The notes: generated by a model not told the origin, from the letters alone. Positions 1 to 10,009 are shown, counted from the first letter of the stretch. The stretch: DNA of 32,000 nucleotides from Flavobacteriaceae bacterium (GCA_965224465.1 OZ245049.1:3120001-3152000), one strand, 5' to 3'. Program-made: numbers and translations.

Positions 1-99
1 TTCTTTTTTTGATCTATGCTGAATAGCGTAGGCAATCGATATTTAAACAGTCATTCGAAAAATATGTTGGTATAGTTTATTTATGCTAATTTTGAACCG

Positions 100-1191
100 A
101 TGGAAGAAACACCACTTTTAAGAAAAATTATCCATGTGGATATGGATGCCTTTTTTGCTTCGGTTGAGCAATTGGACAATCCAGATTTACGTGGGAAACC
201 TGTAGCTGTTGGCGGCGGTGGTGAGCGTGGTGTGGTGGCGGCTGCTAGTTATGAAGCTCGGAAATTTGGTGTGCGTTCTGCAATGAGTGGCGTGTTGGCA
301 AAAAAGAACTGTCCACAGTTAATTTTTGTTCCGCCAAGGTTTGATCGTTACAAAGAAATTTCAAAAAAAATAAAGGCTATATTTCTTGAATATACAGCTT
401 TGGTAGAGCCCTTGTCTTTGGATGAAGCCTATTTGGATGTTACAGAAAATAGCAAAGGGAATCCTTCGGCTACTTTGTTGGCAAAAGAAATTAGAACACG
501 GATTTTTGAGGAAGTTGGACTGCATGCATCCGCAGGGATTTCTGTAAATAAATTTGTAGCAAAAATTGCCTCCGACATTAACAAACCTAACGGTCAGAAA
601 ACCATTCCTCCAGAAGATGTGATTTCTTTTTTAGAACAACTAGATGTGGAGAAATTTTATGGTGTAGGAAAGGTTACACGTATCAAAATGTACAATTTAG
701 GGATTTTTACAGGACTTGATTTAAAAAAGCAATCCTTAGCATTTTTGGAGAAAAACTTCGGGAAATCTGGAGGGCACTATTATAAAATTGTCCGAGGTAT
801 ACACCTAGGAAAAGTGAGCCCTAACAGAATTAGAAAATCGGTTGCAGCAGAACATACGTTTTCTAAAAATCTAAGCTCAGAGATTTTTATGATGGAACGC
901 CTAGAAGGTATTTCTGAAGCGCTAGAAAAACGGTTAAAAAGTTCCAAAGTAGCGGGGAAAACAGTGACTCTGAAAATAAAATATTCTGATTTCACCCAAC
1001 AAACACGAAGTAAAACCTTGCCGTATTTTATAAAAGATAAGCAAATACTATTGGATACCGTCAAAGAATTGTTATACCAAGAAACCTTAAAAAATTCGGT
1101 AAGACTCCTTGGGATTTCTGTGACAAATTTGAATGTAAATGCGGTTGTAAGAAAACCGATTGTGGATGTGCAATTACGGTTGGAGTTTTAA
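100..1191 (+). CDS. dinB: DNA polymerase IV (Y-family translesion polymerase)
   Basis: 363-aa ORF with an ATG start. It carries the IIHVDMDAFFASVE and SLDEAYLDVT motifs typical of the DinB/UmuC family. Confidence 0.9.
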   Translation: MEETPLLRKIIHVDMDAFFASVEQLDNPDLRGKPVAVGGGGERGVVAAASYEARKFGVRSAMSGVLAKKNCPQLIFVPPRFDRYKEISKKIKAIFLEYTALVEPLSLDEAYLDVTENSKGNPSATLLAKEIRTRIFEEVGLHASAGISVNKFVAKIASDINKPNGQKTIPPEDVISFLEQLDVEKFYGVGKVTRIKMYNLGIFTGLDLKKQSLAFLEKNFGKSGGHYYKIVRGIHLGKVSPNRIRKSVAAEHTFSKNLSSEIFMMERLEGISEALEKRLKSSKVAGKTVTLKIKYSDFTQQTRSKTLPYFIKDKQILLDTVKELLYQETLKNSVRLLGISVTNLNVNAVVRKPIVDVQLRLEF

Positions 1192-1199
1192 TAATTTAG

Positions 1200-2312
1200 A
1201 TGATTTTAAAAATGATTAAAAAAAATAAAATAATGATTTTAGGTTTTGTATTACTTGTATTTTTTATTGAAAAATGTACCGTAATAAATATAATATCATC
1301 CCCACTGTTTAAAAATAGCAAGTATGATAAGTATAGCTATTTACAAGACGGGCTAAATACAGGTAAGACCGAAGTAATACGGATTTCCGAAAGTCCATAT
1401 AATGCAATTGGTTATGATGAGAAAGGGAATTATTTTATAGTTTATGGAGATGATAATATACGCAAAATAAATAGTGAGGGTGTTGAAGAATTTTCGATAG
1501 CCAGGAAAGACGGTGTGAGTTTCGCTAAATTAGGGGCGTTTGTTTTTACAGATACGATGGTCTATGATTTGTCAAAAGAAACGATTAAAAAAACGAAGAT
1601 TAAAGAAATAATACATGCCACTGGTGCGCAATTAGAGCTTCAGGGGTTTTTGAGTTTATTGAGGCGTTATTATCAAAAGGCACGTGTTGTAATATATGCC
1701 ACAGAAAATACTTTTAGCAACAAAAATCATAAGGTTTATCTGAAAATAGGTGATGACTGGATTGCTTTGTATATTTCAAATAACAGTTCAGTAGCAATAA
1801 ATTTTCATTTTTCAGGAGAGATATTAAAAGAATTCCCTCAAAAACATGCGTCTTTAATATTGCTTAAAAACCCTGTAAATAAGGTGTATTCAACGCGTTC
1901 TGCAGGGAATGAAATTTTTTCTTCATTTCCAGATTCACCAGTGCTCACCACAGAGGGAGAAATGGAATATCCTAAGGGTGAAAAAATACATATTTCTTTT
2001 TATCAAAAAGAGAAAACATTAGGAGTGATTGCCTATACAAGTATCCCCGTTTCCTTTAGAGGAACAGCCTACTTTGATTTAAAAATAGGTAAAGAGGCGT
2101 ATAAGTTTAAAGATATGGGAAGTAAAAACGTTGGTTTTATAACTCCTGTCAAACACAATATATCATATTATGTACTGCCAGAAAAATACAAAAACAGTTC
2201 CGAAGTCAGTTTTTTAAAAGTGTTTCCGCCTTCAAGTTTACATGATATAGGAAGTAAGGGGCTGTATGTTGTTAGGCCAAATGCATTTCCAAGTGAAGGT
2301 TTAGAAATGTAA
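1200..2312 (+). CDS. hypothetical protein with N-terminal membrane anchor/signal
   Basis: 370-aa ORF with a hydrophobic N-terminus (IMILGFVLLVFFIEKC). No family recognised. The last ~10 codons and the stop lie inside a dispersed repeat copy. Confidence 0.55.
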   Translation: MILKMIKKNKIMILGFVLLVFFIEKCTVINIISSPLFKNSKYDKYSYLQDGLNTGKTEVIRISESPYNAIGYDEKGNYFIVYGDDNIRKINSEGVEEFSIARKDGVSFAKLGAFVFTDTMVYDLSKETIKKTKIKEIIHATGAQLELQGFLSLLRRYYQKARVVIYATENTFSNKNHKVYLKIGDDWIALYISNNSSVAINFHFSGEILKEFPQKHASLILLKNPVNKVYSTRSAGNEIFSSFPDSPVLTTEGEMEYPKGEKIHISFYQKEKTLGVIAYTSIPVSFRGTAYFDLKIGKEAYKFKDMGSKNVGFITPVKHNISYYVLPEKYKNSSEVSFLKVFPPSSLHDIGSKGLYVVRPNAFPSEGLEM

Positions 2313-2379
2313 TTAGGTTTTAACAACGCTAGAACGTAAAACAAACTATTTACATCGATTATTTTGGATTGTAATTGGT
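2283..2379 (-). repeat. dispersed composite repeat (E stem-loop plus C core), inverted orientation
   Basis: 2283-2314 is the reverse complement of the E core TAATTCCATTTCTAAACCGTCACTTGGAAATG. 2320-2379 is the reverse complement of the C core found at 6302-6365. Confidence 0.8.
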
Positions 2380-2719
2380 CTTAGATTCCGTTCTCGCACA
2401 ATTGCATTGTGTGATATCTCAATTCCAACAAGTAGATAGTACAGATGGAGGAGTCTCTAAATAATCCTTGACAAAAAGAATTAAGATTCCTTGCTGTTTT
2501 ATGCCAAATCTAAATACAATGCAATTGTAAAAAACGATTGGAAACACCCAATTAAACTTGGTTTTTAATATTTTAGGGCGTTTTTTATAGCTGCTTTTTT
2601 GTATATTTGATGAGTGCTGAAAGAAACGATAAAATGCTGCACTTTTCGATACAGCATTGCTTCGCTTTAAATAGTCGATTAAAAATGCCTTGTAAAACAA
2701 AAACATAAAAGATAGAAAC

Positions 2720-3217
2720 ATGCCAAAACCATCGACAAAAGTGGAGCTTCTAGAACGGAGTCAAAACAATTATAAAAGACTGAATAATTTAATTGATTCT
2801 TATCCAAAAGATGTACTAGGAAAAGAGTTTTCTAAAGGGACATTAAATCGAAATATTTGTGATGTTTTAGCACATTTACATCATTGGCATTTAATGTTTT
2901 TGACATGGTATGAAGTAGGAATGAATGCTGGAAAACCCGAGATGCCTGCAAAAGGGTATACCTGGAAAACATTGCCAGATTTAAACATAGAGATTTGGAA
3001 AAAATATCAAAAATCATCACTCCATCAGATTTCCCTGTTGCTTTCAGAATCCTATAGCGATGTACAGATGATTATAAAACGACATTCGAATGATGAATTG
3101 TTTGAAAAGAAAAAATACAAATGGACTGGAAGTACTTCGTTAGGAGCATATTTAATTTCAAATACGTCAAGTCATTATGATTGGGCTTATAAGCGCATTA
3201 AAAAATCTATGAAATAA
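2720..3217 (+). CDS. ClbS/DfsB-family four-helix-bundle protein (DUF1706)
   Basis: 165 aa. Family-typical motifs are HLHHWHLMFLTWYE, YTWKTLPDLN, KKYKWTGSTSLGAYLISNTSSHYDWAYKRIKK. Confidence 0.8.
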   Translation: MPKPSTKVELLERSQNNYKRLNNLIDSYPKDVLGKEFSKGTLNRNICDVLAHLHHWHLMFLTWYEVGMNAGKPEMPAKGYTWKTLPDLNIEIWKKYQKSSLHQISLLLSESYSDVQMIIKRHSNDELFEKKKYKWTGSTSLGAYLISNTSSHYDWAYKRIKKSMK

Positions 3218-3274
3218 AACAAGATGTGCCATTATAACATTAGAAAATGGTTGGAAAAACGAGTTGAATTGGGA

Positions 3275-3526
3275 TTACGCTTCTTTATTTGAATCAATAT
3301 TCCCGGTGTCTTCTACCTCTTTTTCATTAACATTAAATGTGTATTTACTTAAATCCTTTCCTTTATAGCTGTGGTAAATAAATAAGGGCATGAGTACAAA
3401 AGCCAAGGTTACAACGCCTATTCCTATATAAAATCGTCCGTCTTCTATATGGGTTTGTTTTATGTAAAATCCTGTACCAATAAGGCCTAGTACAATGGCT
3501 AAAATAATACGTAAGACAATCTTCAT
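3275..3526 (-). CDS. small membrane protein (2 predicted TM helices)
   Basis: 83-aa ORF with two hydrophobic segments and an acidic tail. No family recognised. Confidence 0.45.
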   Translation of the reverse strand: MKIVLRIILAIVLGLIGTGFYIKQTHIEDGRFYIGIGVVTLAFVLMPLFIYHSYKGKDLSKYTFNVNEKEVEDTGNIDSNKEA

Positions 3527-3660
3527 AAGTGTATATTAAGGTTATATTTGTTGCTTTAAGACGATAAAATTACAAAAAGTTATATCTTTTCGGTGTAAAA
3601 TAGATAAAAGATCAATTATTCTTTTGGAACGTGTTGATTTAAGAGCTGTTATCCATAACA

Positions 3661-3694
3661 TAATTTCATTTCTAAACCGTCACTTGGAGATGTA
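3661..3694 (+). repeat. E stem-loop repeat copy
   Basis: TAATTTCATTTCTAAACCGTCACTTGGAGATGTA is near-identical to the copies at 6421-6455, 6583-6617, 12557-12590 and, reverse-complemented, 2283-2314. Confidence 0.8.
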
Positions 3695-3788
3695 TTGGGT
3701 ATGAGCGCTTTGTTATTTAAAAAGAGAACGAAGATTGGGCTGTAGTTTTTTTATTGGAGATAATAATCGAGACTTAAAAAATATAATA

Positions 3789-4766
3789 ATGAACAATTAT
3801 GCATTGGTTTTAATAGCGGTATTTATGATAGGATGTCAAGATGAGACAAATAAAATTAGTAATAAAAAAGACAGAATAGTAGTTGCGCATAGGGGTGCGT
3901 CTGGATATTTACCGGAGCATACCATAGCTGCCAAAGCCATGGCTTATGCAATGAAACCTGATTTCTTAGAGCAAGATTTGGTTTTGTCTAAAGATGGAAT
4001 CCCGATAGTTATTCACGATATTTATTTGGAAGATGTTACCGATGTGAGTACCGTGTATCCAAACAGAAAACGCGCAGATGGACGTTATTATGTAATTGAT
4101 TTTACATATACGGAATTGCAGTTTTTACGTGTGCATGAGCGTATAAATTTGAAACAAAATAAAGCTGCATTTATCGGGAGGTTTCCTGTAGAATCTGCAA
4201 TTTTTAGGTTGCATTCTCTAGAGGAAGAACTTCAGTTGATTCAAGGGTTAAATAAAAGTACAGGAGAGGATGTAGGCATTTATCCAGAGATAAAAAACCC
4301 TGTATTTCACTTAAAAGAAGGTCAGGATATTTCTAAAATTGTGTTAAGTATTTTATCGGATTATGGGTATAATACTAAAAAAGACAAGTGCATGTTACAG
4401 TGCTTTGACCCCCGTGAGTTGAAACGAATTAGACAAGAATTACATACGCGTCTGCATTTAACGCAACTGGTAGAGGAGCTGCTGACGGAATCTCAAATAG
4501 AAGAAATAGCCACTTATGCCGATGCAATTGGGCCGTGGTACAAACAGTTGTTGCTAGAGAAAATGGAGGATGGAAGTTGGAAGGTGGATCCGCTTGTAAA
4601 AATGGCACATGCACATAATTTACAGGTAATTGCTTATACTTTTAGACTGGACGATTTAGATGAAGGAGAAACGTTTGATGCGCTTTTAGATCTTGCATTC
4701 AAAACCTTGGACTTGGACGGTGTATTTACCGATTTCCCAGATAAAGTAGTGGTGTATTTGAACTAA
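3789..4766 (+). CDS. glpQ: glycerophosphodiester phosphodiesterase (lipoprotein)
   Basis: HRGASGYLPEHT and EQDLVLSKDGIPIVIHD motifs. The ORF-track start at 3735 is TTG. The ATG at 3789 gives a signal peptide with a lipobox-like FMIGC, so it is the preferred start. Confidence 0.85.
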   Translation: MNNYALVLIAVFMIGCQDETNKISNKKDRIVVAHRGASGYLPEHTIAAKAMAYAMKPDFLEQDLVLSKDGIPIVIHDIYLEDVTDVSTVYPNRKRADGRYYVIDFTYTELQFLRVHERINLKQNKAAFIGRFPVESAIFRLHSLEEELQLIQGLNKSTGEDVGIYPEIKNPVFHLKEGQDISKIVLSILSDYGYNTKKDKCMLQCFDPRELKRIRQELHTRLHLTQLVEELLTESQIEEIATYADAIGPWYKQLLLEKMEDGSWKVDPLVKMAHAHNLQVIAYTFRLDDLDEGETFDALLDLAFKTLDLDGVFTDFPDKVVVYLN

Positions 4767-4948
4767 AAGTTTGAGAGAGTTTTTTTTAAAAAAAACCATA
4801 GTAGGATTGATTTACAACGGTCATTTGAAACGGTGTTTTGTGTTGTTTTAATCCCGTCAGTGGGTTTAATTCTCCGATGCTTACATCGAAATTATTAAGA
4901 TTTTTTATATCTCGTGGGCTCCCCCTGAGGTTATTGACTTTGTTTGTG

Positions 4949-4986
4949 CTCCTTCTTTAAATTCCGAATAGCGTTTAAGGAAGGAG
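4949..4986. terminator. strong stem-loop between convergent glpQ and MarC-family genes (possible bidirectional terminator)
   Basis: CTCCTTCTTTAA (4949-4960) pairs with TTAAGGAAGGAG (4975-4986), giving 12 bp including one G-U, with a 14-nt loop. No clear U-tract on either strand. Confidence 0.3.
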
Positions 4987-5007
4987 TGTAGAGTGTGAAA
5001 ACTTAAA

Positions 5008-5589
5008 TTATAAAAACAACAGTTTGATATTGGAAGCAAAAAGTTTTACGGCAATAGCTAATAAGACCACTCCAAATACTTTGCGAATAATGTTGATACC
5101 ATTGTTTCCGATTATACGTTCTATGCGTGTTGAGAATTTTAAAACAATGTACATGACAACCATGTTTCCTAGAATCGCAATAATAATGTTTACAGTTTCA
5201 TATTCAGCTCTTAAAGATAAAATAGAAGTTAAACTTCCAGGGCCTGCAATTAAAGGGAAAGCCAACGGGAATACAGAGGCGGTAACTTCAACACCTTCTT
5301 CTTCCTTGTATAAGGTAATTCCTAAAATCATTTCAAGGGCAAGAAAAAACAGGATAAAGGCTCCTGCAACAGCAAATGAATTGACGTCAATTCCAATTAA
5401 ATGGAGGATTGACTCTCCTACAAATAAAAAGGTGATGAGAATAAAACCAGCAATGATTGTGGCTTTTTCTGATTCAATTTTACCCGTTTTTTTACGCAAA
5501 TCAATAATAATTGGAATGTTTCCAACTACGTCAATTACAGCGAATAGAATCATTCCAGCGGTGATAATCTCTTTTATATCGAAGTTCAT
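5008..5589 (-). CDS. MarC-family (UPF0056) integral membrane protein
   Basis: 193 aa and polytopic, with the family-typical length and an N-terminal pattern of hydrophobic helices. Confidence 0.8.
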   Translation of the reverse strand: MNFDIKEIITAGMILFAVIDVVGNIPIIIDLRKKTGKIESEKATIIAGFILITFLFVGESILHLIGIDVNSFAVAGAFILFFLALEMILGITLYKEEEGVEVTASVFPLAFPLIAGPGSLTSILSLRAEYETVNIIIAILGNMVVMYIVLKFSTRIERIIGNNGINIIRKVFGVVLLAIAVKLFASNIKLLFL

Positions 5590-5678
5590 AGTGTTGTATT
5601 TTTAGAATGTCGGCAAAAGTATCCAATCAAATAGATATAAATGTAAATATAATATAAATTTTAGCTTATTTTCGCAAA

Positions 5679-6248
5679 ATGTTTCAATTAGGAAAAACCA
5701 TAGTATCGGAAGATATTTTAGAAAAAGAATTTATATGTAATCTGGCTGCGTGCAAGGGGACATGTTGTGTTCAAGGAGAAGCGGGAGCTCCTCTGGAGGA
5801 AGAAGAACTTCAAATTATGATGGATGTATATCCTATAGTGAAGCCTTTTATGAGAGAAGAAGGTATAAAAGCTATCGAGGATCAAGGCTTGTTTATCACT
5901 AAAGAAGGAGAATATGAAACTACGTTAATTGATGATGCCGATTGTGCATTTGTGATTTTTGATGAAAATGAAACGGCTCAATGCTCCATAGAACAAGCCT
6001 ATAATAAAGGACTAATTGAATGGAAAAAACCTATTTCTTGTCATTTATATCCAGTTCGTATTATGGACTATGGTGAGTTTGCTGCGGTAAATTACCATAC
6101 ATGGCCTATTTGTGATGATGCCTGTACTTTAGGAAAAGAATTGGGTGTTCCTGTATATAAATTTGTTAAAGAAGCTTTGATTCGTAAGTTTGGAGAAGAT
6201 TGGTATATGGAACTTGAGAAAGTAGGTGAGGAGCATTTAAAAAAATAG
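5679..6248 (+). CDS. DUF3109-family Cys-rich protein
   Basis: 189 aa. Carries the CKGTCCVQGEAGAPLEEEE motif and later conserved Cys residues. Confidence 0.75.
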   Translation: MFQLGKTIVSEDILEKEFICNLAACKGTCCVQGEAGAPLEEEELQIMMDVYPIVKPFMREEGIKAIEDQGLFITKEGEYETTLIDDADCAFVIFDENETAQCSIEQAYNKGLIEWKKPISCHLYPVRIMDYGEFAAVNYHTWPICDDACTLGKELGVPVYKFVKEALIRKFGEDWYMELEKVGEEHLKK

Positions 6249-6301
6249 TCCTCCCAATTTTTTAGAAAAGAAAGGCTGATAACAATAGCCCCGTTGTCAA
6301 T

Positions 6302-6631
6302 TACACCAATTACAATTCAAAATAACCGATATAAATAGTTTATTTTACGTTTTAGCGTTGTTAAGAAATAGAACGATAGCTACGGCTATCCTTCCATTTC
6401 TCGCCTTGTTAAAACAAAAAATAATTCCATTTCTAAACTGTCACTTGGAAATGTAGTTGGTGCTACACCAATTACAATTCAAAATAACCGATATAAATAG
6501 TTTATTTTACGTTTTAGCGTTGTTAAGAAATAGAACGATAGCTACGGATATCCTTAGATTTATCGCCTAGCTAAAACAAAAAATAATTCCATTTCTAAAC
6601 CGCCACTTGGAAATGTAGTTGGTGCTACACC
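6302..6631 (+). repeat. tandem duplication (2.04 x 162 bp) of composite C-core/E-stem-loop element
   Basis: Unit 1 at 6302-6463 and unit 2 at 6464-6625 are near-identical. TACACC restarts at 6626. Confidence 0.9.
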
Positions 6632-6658
6632 TTTGTAGTAGTTCTCACGATTCATTTC

Positions 6659-7108
6659 TCAATTCAAATTTCGTTTTTCAACAAAAAATCGTTTTAATAA
6701 TAGGCTGCATTCTTCTGCCAAAACACCTTTTTTCACCTTGGTTTTGGGATGTAATTGTGTGCCTAATTTTTGGTAGCCTCTGTGTTCATCTGAAGCGCCA
6801 AATACCACCGTTCCTATTTGAGACCAGTAGCTTGCTCCTGCGCACATTTGACAAGGTTCTAAGGTGACATACAGCGTGCATTCTCGTAAATATTTACCTC
6901 CTAAGGCGCTGGATGCAGCTGTAAATGCTTGCATTTCGGCGTGCGCAGTAACATCTGTCAAGGTTTCTGTTAGGTTGTGACCTCTTGCTATAATTTGATT
7001 ATTAAATACGATAACGGCACCTACAGGAACTTCATCTTTTTCAAATGCAACTGCTGCTTCTTGCAGTGCTTTGTTCATAAAATATACATCGTCAAAAGGC
7101 GTTATCAT
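6659..7108 (-). CDS. tadA: tRNA adenosine(34) deaminase
   Basis: 149 aa with the HAEMQA and PCQMCAGA zinc-binding deaminase motifs. Confidence 0.9.
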   Translation of the reverse strand: MITPFDDVYFMNKALQEAAVAFEKDEVPVGAVIVFNNQIIARGHNLTETLTDVTAHAEMQAFTAASSALGGKYLRECTLYVTLEPCQMCAGASYWSQIGTVVFGASDEHRGYQKLGTQLHPKTKVKKGVLAEECSLLLKRFFVEKRNLN

Positions 7109-7262
7109 AGGTAGGTGTTTAATGTCAATAACAGTAGAGAATCTCTGTGTTTTTTACACGTCTGATTTTTAAACCTCCTAGAAACTCATTAAAATGCATC
7201 ATTCCTAGGGTATTCTTACTTGTTCACTACAAAACTACTATAAAAATTGTAGTTTTGTCCCT

Positions 7263-9035
7263 GTGAAAACAAATTTATTAACACATATAAATAGTCCTTC
7301 GGATTTAAGATTATTGTCAGCAGAGGACTTGCCTTTTTTAGCAGAAGAACTGCGTGAATTTATTATTGATATTGTCGCAACCAAGGAAGGGCATTTAGGA
7401 GCGAGCCTAGGAGTGGTTGAATTGACGATTGCCTTACATTATGTATTTCAAACGCCCATAGATAATTTGATTTGGGATGTTGGACATCAGGCTTATGGGC
7501 ATAAAATTTTAACAGGTAGAAAAGATGTTTTTCATACCAATAGACAATTTAAGGGCATTGCTGGTTTTCCGAACCGCAGCGAAAGTATATACGATGCTTT
7601 TGGAACAGGACATTCTTCTACCTCTATATCCGCAGCTTTGGGAATGGCAATGGCAGCAGGCTTAAAAGGGGAGACAAATAAACAACATATTGCTGTGATA
7701 GGTGATGCTTCTATTGCTTCTGGAATGGCATTTGAGGGCTTGAATCATGCAGGTGTTTCTAAGGCTAATTTGTTGATTGTTTTAAATGATAACGAAATGG
7801 GTATAGACCCCAATGTAGGTGCTTTAAAAGAATATTTATCAGGGATAAAAAAAGAAGATAAAGCAGCTGGACGCAATCTGTTTGAGGCATTTAATTTTTC
7901 GTATTCAGGTCCTATAGATGGTCATGATTTACCTGCTTTAATTGTGGCACTTACCGATTTAAAAAAAGTAAAAGGGCCTAAGTTTTTACATGTAATTACG
8001 ACCAAAGGCAAAGGCTTGGATAAAGCAGAAAAAGATCAAGTAACGTATCATGCACCTGGGAAATTTGATAAAATTACAGGTGAAATATTCCCGAAAAACA
8101 CGGAGCATTTACCGCCAAAATACCAAGATGTTTTTGGAGAGACAATACTGGAATTGGCAGAAAAAAACGATAAAATAGTTGGAATTACACCTGCCATGCC
8201 TACAGGAAGTTCCTTAAAAATAATGATTGAAGCTATGCCAGATAGGGCTTTTGATGTAGGGATTGCAGAACAGCATGCGGTAACTTTGGCAGCTGGGATG
8301 GCTACAGAAGGTATGCTTCCTTTTTGTACCATCTACTCTACTTTTTTACAACGTGCCTATGATCAAATTATACACGATGTTGCCTTGCAAAAATTACCTG
8401 TCATTTTTTGTTTAGATCGTGCTGGACTGGTAGGAGAAGACGGAGCTACACATCATGGAGTGTTTGATATTGCCTACCTTAGGTGTATTCCAAACATGTG
8501 TATTTTTGCTCCGATGAATGTACTGGAACTTCGAAATATAATGTATACTGCCCAGCTAGGATTGGAATTCCCAATTGCGATTCGTTATCCTCGTGGTAGG
8601 GGTGAATTAGTAAATTGGAAACAAGATTTTGAAACCATAGAAATAGGCAAAGCAATTCAAATCTCCGAAGGAACAGACATTGCTGTGTTAACCGTAGGTC
8701 CACTTGGAAACACGGTGATGAATATTTTAGAGGCATTAAATAGCAATACATTTGCGCATTATAATATGCGTTTTATAAAGCCCTTGGACGAAAAGTTGTT
8801 GCACCATGTATGTAGTACATTTAAAAAAATTGTGACCATAGAAGATGGCACAATTGTTGGAGGATTCGGAACTTCAATATTGGAGTTTGTCTCAGACAAT
8901 AACTACATAATTCCTGTGGAAAGGAAAGGTGTTCCAGATCGATTTATAGAACATGGAAGCGCGGAATTATTGTATGAAAGCATCGGTTTGTCAGAAGTAG
9001 CATTGACAACATATTTCCAACAATTAAACTATTAA
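7263..9035 (+). CDS. dxs: 1-deoxy-D-xylulose-5-phosphate synthase
   Basis: 590 aa with a GTG start. Carries GHLGASLGVVELT, DVGHQAYGHKILTGR and GDASIASGMAFEGLNHAG (TPP-binding) motifs. Confidence 0.95.
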   Translation: MKTNLLTHINSPSDLRLLSAEDLPFLAEELREFIIDIVATKEGHLGASLGVVELTIALHYVFQTPIDNLIWDVGHQAYGHKILTGRKDVFHTNRQFKGIAGFPNRSESIYDAFGTGHSSTSISAALGMAMAAGLKGETNKQHIAVIGDASIASGMAFEGLNHAGVSKANLLIVLNDNEMGIDPNVGALKEYLSGIKKEDKAAGRNLFEAFNFSYSGPIDGHDLPALIVALTDLKKVKGPKFLHVITTKGKGLDKAEKDQVTYHAPGKFDKITGEIFPKNTEHLPPKYQDVFGETILELAEKNDKIVGITPAMPTGSSLKIMIEAMPDRAFDVGIAEQHAVTLAAGMATEGMLPFCTIYSTFLQRAYDQIIHDVALQKLPVIFCLDRAGLVGEDGATHHGVFDIAYLRCIPNMCIFAPMNVLELRNIMYTAQLGLEFPIAIRYPRGRGELVNWKQDFETIEIGKAIQISEGTDIAVLTVGPLGNTVMNILEALNSNTFAHYNMRFIKPLDEKLLHHVCSTFKKIVTIEDGTIVGGFGTSILEFVSDNNYIIPVERKGVPDRFIEHGSAELLYESIGLSEVALTTYFQQLNY

Positions 9036-9055
9036 TTTTTTTAAAAAACACACGC

Positions 9056-10009
9056 ATGCGATTTAAGTTAATTGGACTATTATTTTTTCTGTGTTCGATC
9101 ACAGTAAATGCTCATTTTGTCAAAGACTCATTGGTGGCTAAGGAGCTAAAACCTACATGGATAGTAAAGAACAATGCAAGTTTGTTTTTTACAGAGAATG
9201 CTTTTATTAATTGGAATGCAGGGGGGAATAATTCCATTGCTGGAATTGTGAAATTGCAATTTATTCGGAATTATAAAAACGATCATTTGGTTTGGAATAA
9301 TGAATTGAAAACAAATTATGGTTTAAATAAACAATCGGAGCGTGAACTTAGAAAATCAGAAGATTTATTTGAATTCAATTCTACTTTCGGATATCGTAAG
9401 GATACAGCTTCGCTGTGGTATACTTCTGCTAAATTTAATTTTAAAACTCAATTTGCAAATGGGTATAATTATCCCAATAAGACCAAACCTAAATCGAAAA
9501 TATTTGCACCTGCATATTTGTATATAGGAATTGGAAATCAGTATACTTCTAGAGAAAACGATTTAAAATTTTACATGTCTCCTATGACCAATAAAACAAC
9601 CTATGTGTTGGATTATACGCTTTCTAATCAAGGTGCTTTTGGGGTGAAAAAAGCAGTGTATGATGCCGATGGAAAGCTTATTTCTAAAGGGAATCGAATT
9701 AAAATGGAATTTGGAGCATTGCTCTCTGGTTACTGGGAGAAATTAGTAATGGATAATATAAAAATGACCAATAAACTGAGTTTATATTCGGATTATATCA
9801 ATAATTTCGGAAATATAGATTTTGATTGGGAGTTGAATTTTAACTTAAAAATAAACAAATATATTAAGGCAAATGTGGGCTCTCATATCATTTATGATGA
9901 TGATATTAAAACAAAAAGTGATGTAGATAGCGAAGGTAAATTTGAAATTAAAGGGGCTAAAATTCAGTTAAAGCAATTGCTAGGTGTTGGTTTGTCTTAT
10001 AGTTTTTAA
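9056..10009 (+). CDS. DUF3078-family outer-membrane beta-barrel-like protein
   Basis: 317 aa with a signal peptide, the NWNAGGNNS motif, an alternating beta-strand pattern and a C-terminal aromatic residue (YSF). Confidence 0.7.
   Translation: MRFKLIGLLFFLCSITVNAHFVKDSLVAKELKPTWIVKNNASLFFTENAFINWNAGGNNSIAGIVKLQFIRNYKNDHLVWNNELKTNYGLNKQSERELRKSEDLFEFNSTFGYRKDTASLWYTSAKFNFKTQFANGYNYPNKTKPKSKIFAPAYLYIGIGNQYTSRENDLKFYMSPMTNKTTYVLDYTLSNQGAFGVKKAVYDADGKLISKGNRIKMEFGALLSGYWEKLVMDNIKMTNKLSLYSDYINNFGNIDFDWELNFNLKINKYIKANVGSHIIYDDDIKTKSDVDSEGKFEIKGAKIQLKQLLGVGLSYSF

Noticed and set aside
2419-2721. 100-aa minus-strand ORF in the intergenic region upstream of the ClbS-like gene.
   Set aside because: No motifs, odd composition, and it overlaps the likely promoter region. 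Probably a chance ORF in AT-rich DNA.
5024-5605. 193-aa plus-strand ORF exactly mirroring the MarC-family gene. Similar antisense ORFs occur at 780-1064, 2832-3020, 4429-4614, 8048-8332, 8479-8751, 10701-11066, 11192-11512, 11936-12172, 13064-13252, 16073-16270, 17784-18167, 19962-20162, 28595-28792, 29293-29700 and 30654-30965. A same-strand, alternate-frame ORF lies at 9342-9527 inside the DUF3078 gene.
   Set aside because: These are shadow ORFs inside well-supported genes (opposite strand, or alternate frame for 9342-9527). Their composition is low-complexity or Pro/Ser/Thr-skewed, and no motifs are present.
6302-6631. Possible CRISPR array or CRISPR-like repeat.
   Set aside because: Only two directly abutting 162-bp units with no unique spacers, and no cas genes in the window.
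6619-6867. 82-aa plus-strand ORF starting in the tandem repeat and running antisense into tadA.
   Set aside because: It begins inside a repeat copy and is antisense to a confident gene.
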